A stretch of 61,406 nucleotides of DNA, counting the filler, from Choristocarpus tenellus KU-1152 (Eukaryota > Protista > Phaeophyceae): assembly GCA_964200185.2 (NCBI GenBank). It is 10 parts of 10 records of this genome, joined end to end, with 100 filler letters (N's around TTAATTAATTAA, not from the genome) between each part and the next. Parts side by side here need not be neighbours in the genome. Positions count along the whole stretch, not along the records: positions 1 to 18,994 come from CAXNAD020000500.1; 9 more parts are not named here. The stretch is one strand, 5' to 3'. Each line of letters starts with the position of its first letter. The stretch's first letter is position 1. Below are positions 1 through 13,151 of this stretch, in pieces. The notes under the pieces were generated by a model. It ran no database searches and was not told the DNA's origin. It was given only the letters and a program-made list of their open reading frames with translations. The position numbers were made by a program, and so were the translations under genes.

Positions 1-52
1 CCACAAATGGACAAACAGGGAAAAATCCGTACCCTCTAAGATAGTTTCACTC
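1..52 (+). mobile_element. Right end of a ~256-bp MITE (family A), cut by window start
   Basis: CAAATGGACAAACAGGG...GTACCCTCTAAGATAGTTTCACTC closely matches the right end of the complete copy at 56918-57173. Confidence 0.8.
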
Positions 53-815
53 ATGACAGTGCACTATTTTTCAGTATCCTCCCATCACATCTGTCCCTGA
101 GAAGTGATTGGGTACTGGCCATCTCCTGGAGTTGACTACTAGTACTTCATCGTACCATAGTTTGATGCTGCATACCATTGACTTTGGTTGTCTAAAACAG
201 AGTAACCCTGATGAAAACAGATCAAGCCCTGTTACACTGGTTTGGTATTGATCTAAGCCCGAGGGTCAAGGGCAGGCTGTTCAATAAGATGCAAGTATGG
301 ATTCTCACCTTGGGGACACTCTTAATCTACACTTCGGTATGCTACTCATTGAATGGAGGGTGGTGTACTACTAATTGCAGTGGGCTTCATACATCTGACA
401 AGTCCATAGGAAAGGATAAGATATAACCAACTGTGACATGATGTTTCCAGTAGTTGATCTGATCCTCTTTATAGTGTCTCGTATACCACAGCTTGCATAA
501 AATATTCATGATGTACCAAGATATCATGTTTGCATCTCAATTCTTTGTGAACTCACTTAACACCCACCCTTGGAATAGCCTCTCTGTTGATTTTTTTATT
601 GGGTCTGTTATTTATGGTCAAACCTCAAGTCATGGGTTAACATCAGTGAAAGTTGGAAGGAGATAATATATTGAGTTTTCAGGAACCCTGTGGAGTAGTG
701 AATAAATGCTATGCCGGCAATGAATGACGAGGAGTGTGTTCCACGCCTCTTTCCTATTCCCCATGCCCACCCCTGACCGCCCCTTCCCTCTTCCCTTCAA
801 CCTTTGCCACAATAG

Positions 816-2343
816 GCATTTCCGATGGGATACGACACTCCTGTGGGTGAGCACGGAGTCCAGATGTCAGGTGGTCAAAAGCAACGCATTGCCATTGCCC
901 GAGCTGTCCTCAAGGACCCTGCCATCATGCTGCTAGATGAGGCCACTAGGTAAGGAGACAGCAATCTAGTGTGGAGCTGTCCTCTGTTGTGCGAGTCACT
1001 TTCAGATGCCCCTTGTTCCATACACATACTTCATCACAGTTGTTGTGATAGTACATTTCTATTCATCCTCACAAGAAGTTCACATCTGTGTGTCATGCAT
1101 CTCTGTTTCCTCTATCAAACATCATGTCCATAAATACGACCAACGAGTATGCATTTATCATGTCAAATCTCATTCATCAATTTGCCTTGCACCCCCTGTC
1201 CAAACACCCTTGTCGTTGAGAACCACAAGTGATACGAGGTGTATCTTGTTGAGGTCTCTGCCCTGGGCTGAATTGTGTTATGGGGAAGGCTAGGCTTGGT
1301 GCCCCGTCATATCACCCTTGCCTACAATACCATTGGCTTGCCAATGCTCATGATGCAGTTACCACATTTTTTTTGTCTCCAACTCATTCCACACAATATG
1401 GAATATTGTATGCACAAAAGAAACCATTGGTGGCACGCCTGATAGTAATTTGTGTAGGATAGTACCATACTTGTCAATACCGCACCTTCACAACCTGTGT
1501 TTAACCTTGCTGTCTTTGTACCGACCCCCCCCCCTCAATCACGTTGATCCATCTCTTCAGTGCCTTGGACAGCGAGAGTGAGCACTTGGTGCAAGCGGCA
1601 TTGGAAAGAGTAACGAGGGGGAGGACGTCTGTGATTGTGGCACATCGATTGTCTACAGTGCGTAGTATGGCAGACAAGGTCTGTGTTGTACAGGAGGGGA
1701 AGGTGAGTTTCAAGACAGGGTGGGCCAAATACATGAGGAGGTAAAGGGCACCACGCAGAACTTGTGGGGAAGAATAATCCTTGTACCTTTTTATGATAGA
1801 ACTGACTTCACTCTCATAGGTGTTTAAGTCTTGCATGTCCACCACCTTTTACACTGGACTGTGTGTTTATGTGTGAAAGTAGTTTGTGTGCACATGTGTC
1901 TTTGTCCTGGGTTTTAATGTGAGATTAGATATATACCACGTCATTTGTTCATTAGAGATGTCACTGTTGATTTGTAAATGCGGGTGGCACAGCATTGGGT
2001 AGAGTTTCCCTTGATAAGGTCCATTTCCCAGAATATTGGTTAAGGGTCTCAATATTCAAGGGCAGCACCTGGGCACCCCAATGATGTTTTCAAGTGTAGA
2101 GATTTCATCGACAGGAGAACATAGGCCGAATGACTTCCTCTGAAGCCCATGTTGCAAACAGCTGATGCAGGTATATATTGGCTATTGCCCCTCATGTATA
2201 CCCTGTATCTACCCTGCCCTTTCCACGTCCTCTCCTGTTTTGTTGGCCTGAGGCAGGTGGTTGAAGTGGGCGACTATGAAGAGCTAGCTGCTAGGCCAGA
2301 TGGTTACTTCAGGCAGTTGGTACAGTACCAAATGCTGGTATAG
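816..2343 (+). CDS. ABC transporter, subfamily B (C-terminal nucleotide-binding domain; 5' part outside window)
   Basis: Exons 816-949, 1561-1702, 2257-2343 with GT-AG introns in compatible phase. Translation [78 protein letters not shown]...[28 protein letters not shown] has the ABC signature, Walker B, D-loop and H-loop typical of ABCB (MDR/MDL-like). Confidence 0.93.
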
Positions 2344-4298
2344 CATGCTGCTTGGCATGGGCACCAGCCAATGGTGAGGAAGGTGTGGTTACAGTGGGAA
2401 ATGAGAGAGTGTCAGGTTCGCTGAGTATGGGACAGTTGACCCAATAAGCTGGTCAACTTCTCGTGCAGGGTCCAGGGTAAGATATGTTCCTTGAGACAGC
2501 ATGTGCACAAAGAGGGGACTTCAAACATTGGCCCTAGTATATTTCCCACCATTGCTCTATCTCTGGTGTGATATGTAAGTGAGCAAGAGAGAGAAAGGGG
2601 TTGTACATATTGGGTGAGTTGTGGGAGCTATAGTAATCTTATGTGGACCCCATAAGTGTTGATGACATGTGACATTGGGATGTAGAGCTCTGACAGGAGG
2701 CAACCCACAGGTGGGTCTACCCCATGCAGGCCATGATTTTGTCTATTACAACTCCCCTTAGGTTGCAGCTTTTTTTACTGTATTATCTTGGACTTGCAAG
2801 GTTTCTATAATGTTGGCTGTAGGTGGAATAAGTTTTGATATAAAAAAGCTTAAGCCCCCAATTTGGTCTCCTAATATATAATATTTTAGCAGTTGGAGAC
2901 AACTTTTTTAAAATGGCCACTACCTTGTATCTCGTAGGTTGAATTACGATAAGCAAGATGTGAGCGTATGAGAGAAGGATTGGGTTCTAAACAGAGTACT
3001 TTTAAATGTGGACATCTTGAGTGTTTTTTTTAGTGAATACGCATACATGTCACTGTTGTTGACTATTCCTCTAAAAAAGTGCTTACTTGTTGCAAGAATC
3101 CCAGTTTGTCACACTAAAATGTTTTCTTGGAGTACCCAGAACATAAGATTTCAATGATATTTTGTTTTTTAGAGTAATTGTCGTTTCTTGAGATGTCATC
3201 TCACCATGGGCAACATACCTATTTTCCATACACTGTATCAGGAGTGGAGATATTCATCTGTGTATCATCTTGTCACTCACACCTTTAGCTGATGGTTGTA
3301 AAATGGCAACAAGTAGTTGGAGGGCGATAGGACCTTCGCTGCAATACCAATTGGCTCTCCAGTTCATGTAGATCTAGACTGCTTCAATTGCACTTTCCCC
3401 TTCACATCCAACTTAACAGCTGAATAAGACGATCATGGACTGAGGTGCATTACTGCTTCCAGATGCATTCCACAACACCAAACTTAGGTGCTGGAAAGGT
3501 ATGCATACAAGTGCCTTTGACCTCTTCCTTGGTGCCTTTCCTAAAATTTCCTCACCTCTCCCCCAGCTCCTGACTACTTGTTGCTCAACTGCAACCTCAA
3601 GCTCCACTTGACAGCAATTCTCCCACGAAATGTTGTCCATCCCCTTTATTGTCCTTTGACAAGTACATTTCATCCACTCTGTCCATAGATGTTGGCATCA
3701 CAATGGATCCCCCTCCCCTACTTGGGGGCCACCCAGGGCGAGACACACTTGGTTTCTAGAGTGTGCGGCAATGGAAGTGCCCACCACCCCCTTCTTTCAG
3801 TTTTGTTTCTTTCTCCTGTAACTTGGGACAACCATGAGGCCAATCCTTTTGATACATTGAAAGCGGATTGTACTCGTTCCATACACTACCTACCATCCAA
3901 GTGCTGTGATTATGTGCAGAACATCTCCCGCATTGGCACGTGTGAACTCTTGCACACAAAAAAATAACACAGCACACATATACACATGGATAAAATAAAC
4001 AAACGCTCTATACACATACCAAAAAAAAATGCCATACATACTTATGTTACATGGCATACACAATAAATATAAATTCTGAGCAGAAACCTGGCAAGAAAGG
4101 GTTTGGGTATGCATGTGTAGATTGCGTATGAAGAACTCATCTAGATTGGAATCGCTCTGGTTGGGTGGGGGCAAAGGAAGGGCAGCAAGCAGTAGTGGAA
4201 TAGTGACAGTGGAGGGGAGTACAGAGGTGGGTGACAACCGCGCATGTAACCCTTTTCAAGCCACACTGCTCTCTGTCCGTGCTAAATTTCTACAATCA

Positions 4299-7200
4299 CT
4301 ACTTGTGATCAGCACGAATGTTCTTTAAGGCTGGGTTCAGGTGGTCAAAGTAGGGATGTTCCATGGCATCCTTAGCTGAGATACGTCGCTCTGGATTGTA
4401 GATAAGCATGCTCTGCGATGTAGGAAAGGAGCAAGGAGGGGGAAAGAAGAAATGAGTAGTACACACTACTTCACTTTAATAACCTCAATAACACGAGAGC
4501 TACCACCTAACTACAATGGCGTGGGTATGGTTGTAAAAATCACAAACAAGTCCTGATTCTGGGGGAAAATATGAATGTTGACTCCAGCATGTATGTGTGG
4601 CTATGTGCAAGGATTGTCTAGGGGTTCCTCTTCTGTCTCATAGCGTCAGCGTTCCTCACAACTGGCACGCCTATTCTTGTGTGTGGGTATCATGTTTGAG
4701 CGGAGACCTGCTTTGTACTTGCAGATAAAGGGGATAGGATGGAGCAAGAAACTCACCTCAAAGAGTGACACCCCCACGGGATCCAATCCCGGGACCAAAT
4801 GCGCCAAACTCTCAGGGATGGGGTAGTGGATGGATTGTTCCTGCCAGCAGCAAACAAGGCCAGGAACAAGCAAACAAGTAAATGCACAAATTGTGAGCTA
4901 CGAAATAGTAACCAGTATTGTGTTGATAAAATTTATAAATTGCACATTTACTACATCCCCTGTTAGGAGCTGTGGGGGGGGGAACTTGTCACCTCAAGGA
5001 TTGGGAATGGGAACATGCAACATAGACACAGCACTGAAGGGTCGACTAGACTCATGCACCTTGCGTTTAAGCTATAGCGATACAAATTATGAAATGAAGT
5101 ACAACACGTGTATGTTCATCAATGATAGATAGCCCCCAAAATTTGTGAGTTTTTTCGGTTTACTTCCATTAAATATTAAATAGTACGGATTTAGGTTTCC
5201 GTTAAGTGCAGTTACACAAAACAAGCAATAATAAAAATATACCAAATTCAGTATTGGACCTTCCCACACCGGGGCATTTGTTCACATCTGAATCGTAAGA
5301 CACATCTTGTCAATATGGAAGAAAAAACAATGAAGCAAAGTGTGCAACCAAGGTGCACCAAATCCTTCTGCTAATTCTGACAACCAATGAGCCGATATAG
5401 AATTCTCCTGTTTAGGTGAGGTACAGGGTAGGAACCAAAATCTCAGGGCAAAGATCAGTACACCTAAAGAGCCCCTCCCCTGTCCTTTCCTAGTCTTTTC
5501 ATGAAACATACATGCACCCACCATTATTCTTTGCAATTGTTATATCCAGATCACTAGGGCCAACAACTCAAAGCAGCGATTGCTCAACCCTATCCACTCC
5601 TCTGAATTATACTTATCCACAACCACAAAACCCCGTATCCACCTCAGTCCACCCCACCCCTTCAAATTATCCCTCTACTTCATCCAGCCCCAACATGGCC
5701 TCACTTGATAGGTGGGCAGTTCCTGGAGGCCAGGGTAGATGGCTTCTGTTGGCGTCCCAAGCTGACGGAATACACGGGCCAGCTGGTCATTCTCACTAGC
5801 ACCAGTTAAAAGGGGGCACCCAGTTGCCATCTCTGCAAATATGCATCTTGTAACAGCATGTAAGACATATGGGTGGTGTGAGTTGAACTTAAGGCAATGT
5901 GTACAATGCTGTGCTGGTGTGTGTGTGTAATACGAGAACATGAGTGAGCTCAGATTCAGGATGCATGTAGCAGTCCTCAATAAGCCAAGCACAGGAGCCC
6001 AAAGCAAAAATATATTGTGCTTAGCTCTAGCATAAATTGTGCTTTCCACTTCTAGCTCAAGGTGTACATCAACAGCATGTTCTTTAGCCCATAAAAAAAA
6101 ACCATTATTTCAGACTCCACCAGAAGGGACAGGGGGGCCCAACCATGAATCCAGGAGTCAAAAGCACAAAAGAACACTACCTTTTCAGGCAGTCAAAATA
6201 ACTGTCATGTGAAAATCAAAACCTCAAAAAAAAAAACGAGGCCTAAACTTTTGATCAGATCAAATGCAACTCATCCTTGTATTCCACTATTAAAAAAAGG
6301 ATTCAGAGGAGGTTCAGTGGAGGGTTAGGGAATTGGACCGATTACATGTTGATGGAAAAACCTTCCTCTCCCATGTGCTTACGCTTCATGTCATACCACT
6401 AGCAGTGCCTTCAGACCCTATCCTCTAACAACCACAAGTGTTTTTGACATCACACTTATGTAGGACCTACGGGAACAATTCTCTTGGTGCAAATGTCCCA
6501 TCTTGATTAACGCAAATAATAGCAATAAAAATTCTTGGAAGTGCGGGACTACTATTAACATTGAAAGGTGGCAGAGGTTGTGCAGGGTGAAAGAATTCTA
6601 TTGGCTCAAGCTGTCCAGTAGACCATTCCATTCGTGTCCATGTCTTACTCTCAGGGACACATCCCATTTGGGATCTCCTGGACATTTGGCACAATGAGCC
6701 GCATGCAGACATACACATTAAATGCACCGTCTTATAGGTGGTATCGAGCATGAAGAAGGATTGGTCACTGCAGCCTTACAGATGCTCAATAAGCAGATTA
6801 ATGCTTACGGTCAGATCAGTCCACTCACCCTGCAATTAATACATACTGCTCAGCATGTCTGTTGGTAGTGAAATGCTATACCCACAAAGTTTTGCCCTCA
6901 ACGCATTTTTTTGGATGCCAAGGAACAACCAGCTTGCCTCCCAATTGCCAAAGTGGCGAAAATTGTTCACTCTGTTTCAGACTCAGGTGGGAAATATGAA
7001 TCTGGTCAAATGACAATCTCCAGAACTCAAAAACTTTGAGATCTAGCATCAAACCCTTGGGGAGATGTTGATGATCTTGTTTCAAGACCAGTTTCCCAGG
7101 GCCAACGCTGTGGCACAAGTTATTGTTGGTTCATTCCATGAAACCCTTGATGTACCTTTATCATATCAGCCAGCCTCAAAGGAATCTGTCCCAATCCAAT

Positions 7201-10200
7201 GGAGAGAGCTTTCTGAAAGGTTCTTGAGCTTCAACAAGCATCAGCCAAAGATGTCCAGGCATTTGTGAAGCAAGTCATTGAAGCTATTGACATGTTAAAA
7301 CGGAAGAAAAAAAACCAAAGTTGTGACCAGACAGATCTGGATTCAACCAAGGTGTCACCAACAGAGATGATCGCCACATTCACCGACCGCCTCTGCTTTC
7401 ACCCTTCACATTTTGCCCCCCATTCTTAATGTATTTTACGCACAGCCTCAATGATACGACATATTTGCTGCACTGGTAGATACTGCAGTTGGACAATCAT
7501 CAGCCATGTCCACCCTCAACCATGGGTCCTATGCATAGGGCATGTCATCAATTATCTCTGTTGACAGTCTTGAAAACCTGAAGGCCATTTACCCATACTT
7601 TGCCTATTTTGAGCTCCATACTAAAATCGAACTCAGACAGCTGTAAGCTAAACACCATAATTCCCCTAGCCAGGAAATTCCAGTGAGGGTCAAACCATCC
7701 CTTGACAAGAAACGGGAAGTGCAACCTGACTGCAAGTATGACAAATGCCTGAGCTGTTCACATGTCGCCCCCTTAATCACAACTTATTAGAAAAATCCTA
7801 GGGGTACCAACTACGCCTGTCACTGAGACCTAGGGGCACGTAGAAGACATTTTGCAGCTGCTGCTGTCGTCACCAGACGCCCTTGGTATAAGCTTTGTTC
7901 TGCTTCACTTGAACCTATTTGAGAGAGGTGTCCTCGTTGCGCCCCTCTGCCTCACCTCCATCATGAACCTTATCCCTGGTGATTCTCACATAGACTTCGG
8001 TGACCAATAATACTACAAGTACATTGAGTAATATAAATTCTATAGTAGTACTACTATAATAAGAACTATGACTAATCAAGGTTGACAGGTTGTGGCAAGT
8101 ATAAATGACTACAAAGCAGCTATGAGGGGATACAGGCAATACTGTAAAAAGGAAAAAACAACCCCCCATCCCCCAACATCTATGCCTTCGCCCCACCACA
8201 ATAACCTCACCACCTTCAGCTGCTTACCCAATACTCCAAATGTCCACCGGGGTGGAGTACTTCCGTGATCCCATAAGCACATCAGGTGCACGATACCAGA
8301 GAGTTACCACCTCATGTGTGTAGCTGTTACAAGCAAAAGTGAGTAAGGGGTTAGTTCAGTGTTGCAGATTTGACACTCAACCATACAGTCACATTTTCTT
8401 TGACTCCTTGTTGAGGAGGGTGGACTAGAATGGGTAAGTGCAGTGATGGTAGGAATGAAACTGGTCTATGTCATAGGCATTGTTGTCATTGAATACATCC
8501 CACTACTATTAATGCCGAAGTTTCAGAGCAAATGGAAGTGGACATTTCATTCCCCAACAGGATTCCCAGTACTCTCACAACCAGCACTCCAATACCTTCG
8601 AACTGGGATGCCAAATGCCCTTGCTAGCCCAAAGTCAGCAAGCTTTAGCTCACCCTCCCTATTGATGAGCAGATTCTGTGGTTTCAGGTCTCGATGCAGT
8701 CTAAATGTTTTTTTGCATATTCCCGTCCCCCCCCAAAAAATGCACACACAAATATATTCACCATGTGACCCGAGCATGCACACACCAATAGATCAAGGCC
8801 ATAAAAACCAACCCCAAAAGTGAGACATGGCAGATCCAAATAATCAAAAAGCAGTGGCAGCATGTGAATCAAGGCACAGCAGAGAGTGGACAAGAGAGAA
8901 CGGAGGGGGGGTTGGGATCCAGTACTAAGTTAGTTGCATAGCCTGCTGTGTCAATGCGGGAGGCACAATCCCCTGTAAAAGAATGCACACGTGCCTTTTT
9001 CCCTCCCTCTGAGGGATCGACCGATTGTCTGGATAGTTCGCCAGCCTACTACAATCAATGTGAGTTCACAGGGACCACATCTAAAGAGAAGGGCAGGGTT
9101 GGTACCACCTGTGCTTCACCAGGACACACCAGTAACTTGAATTTTTCCCCCTTGAATGGGGCAGCCAATTGCACAATTGAAGACACTGGAAGAGCGAGTA
9201 TATCATGTTTCCCATTTGCCCTCCTCACACTCTGTGATGGTGACAGTAGGAGACCCCCCTCAGCAGCTGGTAGAGGAAGCTCTTGAGGATGGGTGGCTCA
9301 AGCCCTGCCTCACAGACATCAAGGTACTTCTTGAGGTCCTGGTCCAGGTACTCGAACACAAGAGTCAACTTTCGCTCTGTGTGTACCACATCATAGAGCC
9401 TGTAGAACTCATCCCACCCATTACAAGAAATAGAGAAAAATAACATCGAGTCACAGGCGTCATTTGGAGAGGCAGCAAATAAGGCAGCAGATTGAGAGAC
9501 CAAGGTTACCACACGGAATTTTGAGACAGGATTGAACAGGTATTCTTTCGGATACATGAGAAACGAGCGGGGGGCACCAAATCCCTTCAGCATTGCCATG
9601 AGTTACTGACACAAGCTTATGGAGGGTGCTCATGTATTAGTGACTGTGTCACAACTTAACACGATCTTGTAAAGTGTCGTCATTCAGATGTTGGGCATCA
9701 CACATGTTGCTCACGCGTTGCCAACAAAAGTGCAACTCTGGTAGCAGAGGAGATGTGTAAACAAGGAAATGATGCAATCAATATATTATGGTAAAAGCTA
9801 GCAAAGGGAGCAGGGAGTGCGTCAAGTGCAAAACTTGCCGAACAATGTTGGGGTGCTGTAGTTGCTTGAGGAGTGATATTTCCCTTATCGCTGTGGAAGG
9901 GATCCCCTCATCCTCCGCTTCAAGCCTTATCTTTTTCAGTGCTATGATTTCGTTCGTTACTCGATCCTTGGCCTGGTGTGAGCGAGTACGTGGTAGTGAG
10001 GATTGTCAGGTGTGACGCATCGTTCGCATGTTTCTGCCTTATCATGATGGAATGAAGGGTGACTTTGGATTTGTGGATGTCGGTGCGCTGTAGGTATGGA
10101 GCAGTATTAGAGATGTTTGGGATTCTTTGTGATGTAAGTTAGCATTTATAGAAGTAAAGTTGCGACTTGGTGTTAGGCTTTGATGCGCCTTGTGTTTGAT

Positions 10201-10395
10201 GGCATTGAACTGTGGGATTCATTGGGGTCAGTCTTTGAGTATCTACACTATCCACTACAACATTGTTGTCCAGAATCGAAAGAACTTACGACTTTTCACA
10301 TCATAAGTAGCACTTTCCCTTGACTGCAGTGTCACCTTGTATACCACACCGTAGGTTCCCTCCCCAATTTTCTCGAGCTTTTGGTATCGCTGCAT
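4299..10395 (-). CDS. CDKA: Cyclin-dependent kinase, PSTAIRE type (CDKA/CDK5-like), complete, 301 aa
   Basis: Exons 10395-10336, 9972-9839, 9399-9229, 8700-8596, 8323-8228, 5846-5705, 4840-4757, 4412-4299 total 906 nt in frame. Motifs [80 protein letters not shown]. Intron 2 needs a GC donor. Confidence 0.96.
6300..7720 (+). pseudogene. Possible decayed coding relic (unidentified, probably TE-derived) in CDK intron 5, antisense to CDK
   Basis: Long protein-like stretches broken by isolated stops and a frameshift (e.g. ...[30 protein letters not shown]..., ...[20 protein letters not shown]...) in the largest CDK intron. No family motif recognised. Confidence 0.25.
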
Positions 10396-11386
10396 ACTTC
10401 AAGTCGCCTCTTCCGTGCACCGAAAGACAAACCACTGTCACCTTAACCCCAGGACCTCTCCACGGCCTAAGATCCCCACCCACCAGCCCAAGGTGTACCT
10501 GGCAGAAAAGTCGCAATGGCCCCAGCCGAAGGTTTGTCCCCTTCAGTCTCTCAGTCCACTTCAAGAACCTTGTTTGGATCATGCTAAGGGCAGCTTGTGA
10601 ACATTAATCCAGGATGTCCAACTTGGTAGAGACTACGTACTATAATTCATGCTGGGGCGGAGGAGGACATTTACTCGAGATATCAATGACTAGTTGCGAA
10701 TGCGAATGCTCGGTTAGTCACTCTATGGGAGCCAGCCAAGTGTTTTGCTAGAGGTTGAGACCAAATGCTAAAAAGCGTTGAAATAGAGCAACTACCCTTC
10801 TAGTCTACGGGAGATAGTGGTCGTTTCTGTGGTAGGCAAGGCTGACTCACAGGTTGAGGTATATTCGGTTCAACCACACAACTACTGTTGGAGGTTGTGA
10901 CAGGAGAATTTTGTTGTGGAGGTGAGGTTGGTTCCTTTCCTTTTCTATTATTACACCTCCGGGGGAGATTTTGGAAAGACGTTCAACATGTTAAGTTGAA
11001 AGGTGGGTATATCTTAGAGTTGGAGGGGACAAACGTTCCATACATATTTTTATTTCCATGCCCTCTCATATTTTGTAGATGTTTCAGGGGGGAAACTTCC
11101 ATACATATCGTTAGAGAAGGTTCTGGAGGAATCACTACATATATTGATTATTCGATGTATACAATACCAAAGATAAATGAACTGCAACATACACCTACCA
11201 CCATTAACATGAAATGATGTTTCTCATTTCAAACCTGAACGCAACAATGACATCACAACTAATTTTTTGTTAAAATCGGAGGTGTTACTTTGTGGAAGGC
11301 ATTAACGTCTGTGATGGTAACCCCACCTTCACTAGGGTTGGACTTACAGGTTACTAGGTTTCTATCATTGTTCGTGTGGAGAGACC

Positions 11387-12685
11387 ATGCCCTTCTACCA
11401 GCAGGTGTGAACCTTTTTCTTCTTCTCGAATTGCAAGTAGACATCCCTCGCCACATGGGCTAGCTTAATTGTGCATTCTTGTTGCATTGTTCTCTCGTGA
11501 ACTTCTCACCACCCTCAAACCAATTCAGTAACCCTTCATTGCCGTACCATTTGCCTCGCTTCACAGCTCGTGACGCTGAAACCTCGAACCAACCCCACCG
11601 ACCTCACCCGGATTTTCCGGTGGGTGGCGAAGGCCGTCATTGATCAAGGGGGGGTAAGATAATCACAGTCAAGATGTCCCCAATTCTGCAGACTACTTGA
11701 TGCAAACGAGGGATGTGCTCCTGCAATTTTGGTTGTACTGTTCCACTGTTGGTATCATATGCCTTTTGGGCTATGTGACATGACTGGTAATATAGAAAAT
11801 AGGGAAAATTGGTTAGTTACGTGTGCTCTTCGAATTGTTTTGAAGTGTAACCCCTGTACTTCGTGGGAATGCATCATTGCCTTTGTAACAAGGCCTCTTT
11901 CCTCCAGCTTTAAGTTCCTTGTGCCGCGTTAAGGTTGATGGTGGTGCTGAGACAGTTGTAGATATGCCCGACTCTTCATCTGCTCTTTCATTTTATCTTC
12001 CAGCGAAGGCTGCCAATGACACCTCCATCCATTCCACCCCATCTCTCTGCTTGCAAAATTTCATAATCAAATGATGATCAACCGAAAGGTTGTGCGTTCC
12101 GTGCACAACCATGGGGTAAAGCCCTTGCCATACCAATTTCACAGCAAGCATGCTGTTGGAGACGAAAGTCGCTGGTTTTCATCGGGACGCTGGGTCAGTA
12201 CCTACTTCGATGCCAATCCGGCCACCATGCAGAAAGTGGAGGTGTGGAGTTTGAGGAAATTGTTATGAATCATGGGGTTGGGAGGAAAGTAGCGAATCAG
12301 TGTTCCATATTACTTTTGTCACTGTATGGATAGATGAGGGGTGGAAGGAGGGTGGCATGTCCGTATTTCCTCTCATTCCTGTATCCACCATTCGTTGTGT
12401 TCATTCTCATCCCGTTCTTGTCCTCCGGCTTTGGTTTACCACCACAGAACCATCTTAATATCCTGCAATAAATGAAAATATGCTCCTTCTCTGTTCCACT
12501 ACTTTGTGAAATGTTAGAAAGCTGTGTGGAAGGAGGATCGTGTATTACGTGTGACAACAATCAAACCGAGTATCAGAATGGACAAGATCACATCAACTCA
12601 CCTCCCATCTAACCCATGGGAGATTGAGCGGCTTGCCAGAGAAAACGATAGGGTTACAGCTACACCATCCATCAGGAGACGATGA
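11387..12685 (+). CDS. MRPS6: Mitochondrial ribosomal protein S6 (bS6m), complete, 141 aa
   Basis: Exons 11387-11404, 11567-11653, 12089-12241, 12518-12685. MPFYQQLVTLKP...VIDQGGVVRSVHNHGVKPLPY...GRWVSTYFDANP...EDRVLRVTTIK follows the bS6 pattern (MPxYE, GGVVR, GxxxLPY, FDAxP, VLR). Mostly missed by the ORF track. Confidence 0.9.
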
Positions 12686-13151
12686 GGATGCATCAGTGGT
12701 GTGGCAGTGGGTGGTATAGAAAGGGTACTCACCATGTGAGAAGGCCTCCTGCTTGTTCAAGTAATTTCCTTGCATTTGCACTGGTTTACTACACTGGCTA
12801 GCAAAATAATATAGCTGGAGCAAGGTCAGCTCCTTTGTTAGCCAGATTAATCTGATGGGGAAAGGTAGCTGCTTAGTGAGAAATAACCTCATACAAAAGT
12901 GATTCTGTTAAGAAGTTGGGCAACATGGCACACTATGAAGATGTGCAACCTCATCTGAAACCTTTGCCAACGATGTAGGCTCAGCACAAGAATGCTAAAG
13001 CGTTCCATAACCTTTTGTATTTGTGCATAGCCCACTCCAAAAGCTTGCACCAGAAACTGTTCTACAATGAAGGTGAAACTCTTCTCAGCATGATGGTGCC
13101 TAAAATCCTCACTCCCATGTGTGACGTCTATTTGACCATGTTCCTGTTCCA

